NCBI GenBank assembly: GCA_015063685.1
Contig: SVTR01000003.1
Span: 24,372 to 88,371, forward strand
DNA length: 64,000 bases
DNA from: Oscillospiraceae bacterium
Lineage (GTDB): Bacteria; Bacillota; Clostridia; Oscillospirales; CAG-272
Reading direction: 5' to 3'
Shown here piece after piece: positions 58,859 to 64,000 of the stretch. The notes beneath the pieces were generated by a model. It made no database searches, was not told the origin of the DNA, and was given only the letters and a program-made list of their open reading frames with translations. The first letter of the stretch is position 1. Every line of letters begins with the position of its first letter. The position numbers and the translations under genes were made by a program.

Positions 58859-59486
58859 TAAATTGTTGTTTACCACCTGCGGTGGGGCTCTGGCTCGAGG
58901 TTATTCACCCCATGTAAGCCGTATACCGCGATGGGTAGTTGGTCAGGTAAATTGTTGTTTACCACCTGCGGTGGGGCTCTGGCTCGGGGTAGTGCATCCT
59001 ATGCCATGGACATCACACGATGAGGAGTTAGGCAGATAAATTGTTGTTTAGCGGAGGTTTAATGAAAACCCGTAGGGGCGGATTCCATATCCGCCCGATA
59101 TAAAAAAGCATTGATATTCATAGACCTTTAGGGAGGACGGGCGGATATGGAATCCGCCCCTACAGGTTCGTGATAATCCATGAAAATGTTGTTTACAGGT
59201 ATATGAGGGCGTTCCCTGCAACTGTCATTCAGAGGGAGGCCCGCGTAAGCGCTCGCCGACCGAAGAATCTTTTCCCGAAGGGAAACCCTTACCCATCAAC
59301 GTTTTTTGGTTGCCCTATGGGCAAAGATCCTTCGTCGGGCATCGGCCCTCCTCTGGATGACAGCGCACGATATTCGCTCCGTTAAACAACATTTTACAGT
59401 CCCAACCACCCATCGTGTGATGCAGCTTGCACGGGATGCACATCCCCGGCATTGGCAGCCGGCACTGCCGGCAAACAACAATTTAC
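58859..59486. repeat. Composite intergenic repeat array (89-bp units, REP pair, GTCATTC...GATGAC palindrome)
   Basis: TAAATTGTTGTTTA at 58859, 58948, 59037; REP pair 59072-59163; inverted motif near 59383-59396 and 59473-59485. Confidence 0.8.
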
Positions 59487-59512
59487 ATTACTATAACGAA
59501 AGGAACTATACT

Positions 59513-60442
59513 ATGCCCGCTTACACCTCTATTGATCAAGCCATCGGCCGCACACCACTCGTGGAGTTGCGTAATATTGAAAAGCTATATCATCTCAAGG
59601 GCCGCCTTTTTGCCAAGGTCGAAGGGATAAATCCCGGTGGATCTGTCAAGGACAGAGTCGGTCTTGCCATGATCAACGAGGCCGAGGCAACGGGTATTTT
59701 GACCCATGACTCCGTCATCATCGAGCCTACTTCGGGCAACACGGGCATTGGACTTGCCATGGTTTGTGCCGCGCGGGGCTACCGTTGTATCATCGTCATG
59801 CCCGACACCATGTCGGTGGAGCGTCGGATGATCCTCTCTGCCCTGGGCGCTGAGCTGGTGCTGACCCCCGGATGCGAAGGCATGAATGGCGCCATCGCCA
59901 AGGCCGAGGAGATGGCTGGAGAAATTCCCCACGCCATGGTAGCGGGGCAGTTTGTCAATCCCGCGAACCCCAATGCACACGAGCTGACCACGGGTCCCGA
60001 GATCTGGGCCGACACGGAGGGGCATATAGATGCTTTCGTGGCCGGTGTGGGTACGGGCGGCACCATCACAGGAACGGGGCGCTATCTTAAGTCCCAAGAC
60101 CCGTCGGTGAAGATCATCGGTGTGGAGCCTGCGGATTCGCCCGTTTTATCGGGTGGTAAAGCCGGCAGTCACGGGCTTCAGGGTATTGGTGCGGGATTTA
60201 TCCCCGAGGTGCTGGACGTTTCTCTGATGGACGAGGTCATCACGGTGACCACCGACGAGGCCTATGCCGCCGGGCGTACCTTGGGACGCAAGGAGGGCAT
60301 CCTTGCGGGTATTTCTTCAGGCGCGGCCCTTCACGCGGCCATTTTGGTGGCGCAGAGAGACGAGTACGCCAACAAATCTGTGGTTGTTCTGCTCCCCGAC
60401 ACGGGAGATCGGTATCTTTCCACAGCATTATTTAAAAATTGA
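59513..60442 (+). CDS. cysK: Cysteine synthase A
   Basis: IGRTPLV, NPGGSVKDR, EPTSGNTG, GVGTGGT, QGIGAGF, PDTGDRYLS. Confidence 0.95.
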   Translation: MPAYTSIDQAIGRTPLVELRNIEKLYHLKGRLFAKVEGINPGGSVKDRVGLAMINEAEATGILTHDSVIIEPTSGNTGIGLAMVCAARGYRCIIVMPDTMSVERRMILSALGAELVLTPGCEGMNGAIAKAEEMAGEIPHAMVAGQFVNPANPNAHELTTGPEIWADTEGHIDAFVAGVGTGGTITGTGRYLKSQDPSVKIIGVEPADSPVLSGGKAGSHGLQGIGAGFIPEVLDVSLMDEVITVTTDEAYAAGRTLGRKEGILAGISSGAALHAAILVAQRDEYANKSVVVLLPDTGDRYLSTALFKN

Positions 60443-60457
60443 TGATTTGAGGATTTA

Positions 60458-60484
60458 CCCCTTCGACAATGTCGGAGGGGTTTT
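60458..60484 (+). terminator. cysK terminator
   Basis: CCCCTTCGAC-AAT-GTCGGAGGGG-TTTT. Confidence 0.8.
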
Positions 60485-60525
60485 ATTATTTTTATGGGCT
60501 GGAGCCGTGGGGAAAGGCAGACAGC

Positions 60526-60783
60526 TAAATTGTTGTTTAGCGGAGCTAAACAACGTGATGTATGCCTGCGGCAAGTGATGTTCGTCCTGCGGACGAGTTG
60601 AGGTTCAAATCCTGCGGATTTGTCCATTCGACTTTTAAATTGAAACACAAAGTGTTTCTTCCTTCACTTGCCGCAGGCAAGCATCACGTGACCGAAGGTC
60701 ACTCATCACTCGCCGCAGGCGAACATAACGCTTGCTCTGCAAGCTCATCACTTTGTTGTTTAGCGAAGCTAAACAACAATTTA
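60526..60783. mobile_element. 258-bp MITE-like element with ~29-bp terminal inverted repeats and an internal mini-hairpin array
   Basis: TAAATTGTTGTTTAGC..GCTAAACAAC at both ends in inverted orientation; repeated N-CCTGCGG-N' hairpins. Confidence 0.7.
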
Positions 60784-60806
60784 TCTTCCTTTTCTACCAT
60801 CGGTTG

Positions 60807-60862
60807 AGTGATTAGAAATTTATCAAAACACTCTTGACAAAAAGTGATTAGATGTGTATAAT
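60807..60862 (+). promoter_or_regulatory. sigmaA promoter with a duplicated AGTGATTAGA candidate operator
   Basis: TTGACA(60834)-17bp-TATAAT(60857); AGTGATTAGA at 60807 and 60843. Confidence 0.75.
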
Positions 60863-60939
60863 ATCAGTGTAAGCCCGAGAACGCCACGGATCCACCCTGA
60901 CGGGCGGCGTTCCCCATAAACAAATGAAAGGAAACATAT

Positions 60940-61440
60940 ATGAATTATCTTGACATTGACAAAGCCCTTGTGGAGATCACCCGCGCCAAGTGCGCCGAGT
61001 GTAAGGCGCGGCTGGACGCCATCCCTAAGGACAGAGCAGGCGAGCGCAAGGCTCTGCTGATCGAAAACGGCATGTATACCCTCTGCGGCAACGCGGGGTT
61101 GCTGTTCAACGCTGGGTGGGAAAGACAGCGCACATATCAAATCCGAAACAATTTTTTCAATATGATTCTCCCCAAATTTCCCAAGCACCAAGAGGTATAT
61201 AATACCTTGAACGACGACGAAAAGCTCTCCTTCATGGCCGCTTGGCAGGCTGACCTGTTCATGCGGGATCAGCTTTTGGCGGGCTACTTGAACGAGCTTG
61301 CCCAAGCCGAGGCGGCGGGAGATGCCAAGAACACCTTTGAGCTGCGCATCAAGGTGGGTGCCGTCCGTGAAATGCTCTCCCTATGGGCAACGTGGCGTAA
61401 AGAAAATAATATCTATCCCATAGAGATCAAGGAGGAATAA
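60940..61440 (+). CDS. Hypothetical protein
   Basis: RBS AAAGGA; host-like codon usage; first gene after the promoter. Confidence 0.75.
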   Translation: MNYLDIDKALVEITRAKCAECKARLDAIPKDRAGERKALLIENGMYTLCGNAGLLFNAGWERQRTYQIRNNFFNMILPKFPKHQEVYNTLNDDEKLSFMAAWQADLFMRDQLLAGYLNELAQAEAAGDAKNTFELRIKVGAVREMLSLWATWRKENNIYPIEIKEE

Positions 61441-61910
61441 TGATGGAAAACACGAAGTTTTATATGATAGCCTACGAAGCTCTCTATGCAGAAAGCCAGC
61501 GCTTGGAGACGGAAATTCAGCATTTCGATCAAAACACCGCCAAGAAAAAGGCAAGCATGGCTGACTACAAATGTCTCCGATTTCGCAGTGCGTCCGTGGA
61601 CAGCATTTGCATGATGCTGTACCATGGAAACAGAGTCTATCGGCTTCCCGGTGTTCACCTGATTATCGAAGATGCTCTCAATGCAAGACCCGATTATCTG
61701 TCCATCTGCGAGAGCGCTCCTGCTGAGGAGCTGATTGATTACAAGCTGTATTACGGAATATCTGCCCACATCGAAAGCAAGTTGGCTGAATACGAGGCTA
61801 AACTCCCCTCGGCCACCGACTGGGAGGCCGTCGAGCTGGAAGAACGCTTAGGTGGCTTGCAATTTGCCAAGGCCTGCCTTGACGAAGCTTGGCAAAATCG
61901 AAAGGAGTGA
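61440..61910 (+). CDS. Hypothetical protein
   Basis: RBS AAGGAGG; coupled to the upstream gene. Confidence 0.75.
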   Translation: MMENTKFYMIAYEALYAESQRLETEIQHFDQNTAKKKASMADYKCLRFRSASVDSICMMLYHGNRVYRLPGVHLIIEDALNARPDYLSICESAPAEELIDYKLYYGISAHIESKLAEYEAKLPSATDWEAVELEERLGGLQFAKACLDEAWQNRKE

Positions 61911-61914
61911 TTCC

Positions 61915-62454
61915 ATGAAGGAAAAACTGGCACTGCTCAAGCTTTTGGCAGACGAGACCCGTCTCTCCATCCTCAACATCCTCCTGCGGGAGGACTCCTA
62001 CGTGGAGAAGATCGCCTGCGAGCTGGGGCTGACCCCCGCCACCATCTGCTACCACCTCAAAAAGCTGGAGGCGGCAGGGGTGGTCAACTGCGCCCGCTCC
62101 CAATTCTATATCATTTACTCCCTCAACCGCGACATCTTCGACAGACCCCTCTACGAGCTGATCAAAAAAGACGAGCCCGTTTGCCCGCCCGAGGAGAAGT
62201 ATAAAAAGGAGGTACTGGCCGCCTTTTTCAAGTACGGACGGCTGACCCAGATCCCCACCCAGCGCAAGAAAAGAGAGATCGTCCTCGCCGAGATCGCCAA
62301 GGACTTTGAGATAGGGCGCACCTACGACGAAGGGGAGGTCAACGAGATCATTCACAAGTACCACGAGGATCATTGTACCATCCGCCGGGAGATGATCGCC
62401 TGTGGGCTCATGCAACGTGAGCATGAAACGTATTGGAAGGTTGGTGACACATGA
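61915..62454 (+). CDS. ArsR-family HTH regulator fused to a DUF2087-like domain
   Basis: LADETRLSIL...TICYHLKKL; RLTQIPTQRKKR...YDEGEVN...DHCTIRR. Confidence 0.88.
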   Translation: MKEKLALLKLLADETRLSILNILLREDSYVEKIACELGLTPATICYHLKKLEAAGVVNCARSQFYIIYSLNRDIFDRPLYELIKKDEPVCPPEEKYKKEVLAAFFKYGRLTQIPTQRKKREIVLAEIAKDFEIGRTYDEGEVNEIIHKYHEDHCTIRREMIACGLMQREHETYWKVGDT

Positions 62455-62657
62455 CGGTTATCATCATTGATCAGAAGATCAGAGACTATCGCAAGTCCCA
62501 CAAGCTGACCCAGGAGGCCTTCGGGGCACTTTTGGGCATCTCCCCCCAAGCCGTTTCCAAATGGGAGCGGCTGGAGTGCTACCCCGATATCACCTTTTTG
62601 CCTGTGCTGGCGAAAATGTTTGGGTGTAGCGTGGATGATTTTTTTGTTGGGAGATAG
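62451..62657 (+). CDS. XRE-family HTH regulator
   Basis: LTQEAFGALLGISPQAVSKWE...PDI. Confidence 0.9.
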   Translation: MTVIIIDQKIRDYRKSHKLTQEAFGALLGISPQAVSKWERLECYPDITFLPVLAKMFGCSVDDFFVGR

Positions 62658-62862
62658 CCCCCACACGGCGACTTTCGAAGTGCGATTTATAATGCGAATA
62701 TTCCTTGACGGGGCAAGAGCTTTGTAATCTCTATCGGCTATCCAATCTCTTGGCAAATTCTATTTTTCTAAAGATTTTTGAAAGGGTTTTCTCTGACCCT
62801 ACTCCAATAAACCAGAATTTATATCTAAAGCCCGCAAACGATACCGTTGCGGGCTCTCTCGT

Positions 62863-64000
62863 TTATTGTGTATCAGCATATACTAAGCCTTGGTGCGCTT
62901 CCCTTTGGCTTTCAAAGTATTCTTCGTATCCACTGACCTCCACGGCGGGGACGTTGGTCTTGGCATAAATCAAATTCCCGTTTCGGGAGGTTCCGATTTT
63001 TTTGTAGAACTCATAGAATGGGATACCACATACATAGGTGAGCCCCACGAAGGCATAACCCTCAAAATTCACCTTGTCTTGCATGGACATACAGAGGGGA
63101 CAGGAATGGCCGCCAAACACATAGCCATTATACAGTAGTCGCTCGGCTTCCTCCACCGAGATTTTTCGAACCTGCTTGGTAGGGGTATAAACATCGTCGG
63201 TGCGGCACTGATGGTAACGAATACTGACGTTGTACAATATCTTGTCGCTGACAATATCCCCGCTGAAATTTTCGAAATTATCAAAACTCAAACAGATATA
63301 ATCGGACAGAGGTGTACCACTATAAGCGTTTAATGGATCGTCAGCCGCATTATAGAAATAGACGTACATAAATTCCACACCGTGTTCGCTATAGTCACCG
63401 TAGTCTCGGATAATTTTCACGCTTTCAAATTCAGCGCCGAACATCCCAAACAAAATGTGTTTGATCTCTTCCAACGAGGCAATGATCTCAGCATCCGTTT
63501 TCGTTTGGTCGATTTCTACCGGAACATCTCGAAGTATGATCCGTCCCGAGGATTTTGAACTGCTAAAAAAGCTGAACGTATTACTTTGCCCATACTGCCA
63601 CGATGAAAAAAAATAACCGCTTTCCCTTTCCGCGTCGGCATTGAAAACCGCGCGCAAGGAGGCTTCACTGAAGGAGGTAGCTTTCTCTTGCTCCACTTGA
63701 TAACCAAGCCGTACAATACCTAAAGCGGCAGAAACGCTTTCCAGCATTTGATCTGTGAACGCAGTAAATTCCTTTGTGCTTAATGCTTCTCCGTCAATTT
63801 TGCGCTCGTACGTCGTAATATACTCGTCATCGGGGATCTTGGCAATCCTCAGATAATCCTCATGGGGAACGTATATCTTGGTATAGGATGACGTGGCGAA
63901 GCTATCCAGCTTGTTGTAGCCCGAAAGCAGATTTCCAATGTCCTCAGCAGTATAGAGGGCATGATCATATTTAGGTATGTCCGGGAGGTTGACGGCGGGA
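62863..64000 (-). CDS. Hypothetical protein, N-terminus beyond window end
   Basis: The frame of ORF 62863-63747 stays open to the window edge. Confidence 0.75.
   Translation of the reverse strand, partial: PAVNLPDIPKYDHALYTAEDIGNLLSGYNKLDSFATSSYTKIYVPHEDYLRIAKIPDDEYITTYERKIDGEALSTKEFTAFTDQMLESVSAALGIVRLGYQVEQEKATSFSEASLRAVFNADAERESGYFFSSWQYGQSNTFSFFSSSKSSGRIILRDVPVEIDQTKTDAEIIASLEEIKHILFGMFGAEFESVKIIRDYGDYSEHGVEFMYVYFYNAADDPLNAYSGTPLSDYICLSFDNFENFSGDIVSDKILYNVSIRYHQCRTDDVYTPTKQVRKISVEEAERLLYNGYVFGGHSCPLCMSMQDKVNFEGYAFVGLTYVCGIPFYEFYKKIGTSRNGNLIYAKTNVPAVEVSGYEEYFESQREAHQGLVYADTQ

Noticed and set aside
58859-59050. CRISPR array interpretation of the 89-bp periodic repeats
   Set aside because: Only 2-3 units, the would-be spacers are homologous to each other and to other loci, the period is too long, and no cas genes are present.
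59306-59512. N-terminal extension of cysK in the ORF track
   Set aside because: Runs through repeat DNA; the RBS-supported start is at 59513.
1-64000. tRNA, rRNA, known riboswitches, transposases, prophage genes
   Set aside because: None recognisable by eye; an Rfam/tRNAscan search would be needed to exclude them.

Overview
Chromosomal window from a spore-forming Clostridia-class Firmicute (SASP gene, Bacillota-type RBS and sigmaA promoters). Bases 1-45 kb hold two paralogous minus-strand Wzx/Wzy surface-polysaccharide loci: locus A (about 18.7-43.7 kb) and locus B (about <1-15.6 kb), separated by an ECF sigma/anti-sigma module. Bases 45-64 kb are mostly housekeeping genes (ssp, pncB, UDG, rRNA methyltransferase, hslO, cysK) with mosaic intergenic repeats. 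The main finding is at the head of locus A: a 298-bp segment (43753-44050) carrying a near-consensus sigmaA promoter, bounded by perfect 25-bp inverted repeats of dif-like architecture (ACAACATAA-N6-TTATGTTGT) and adjacent to a tyrosine recombinase. It is a predicted invertible phase-variation switch, assembled in the OFF orientation. The first gene it would drive is an SF2 helicase with four HA repeats, translationally coupled to the sugar-pathway genes. Locus B is headed by a decayed copy of the same cassette frozen ON (degenerate crossover site plus a 30-codon helicase stub). A third relic promoter copy lies in a 2.27-kb acyltransferase insert flanked by direct repeats. The two loci share a 2.64-kb near-identical wzy block with chimeric glycosyltransferases at its edges, and each encodes a large secreted phosphodiester-glycosidase paralog. 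All calls come from reading the sequence by eye; no database searches were run.
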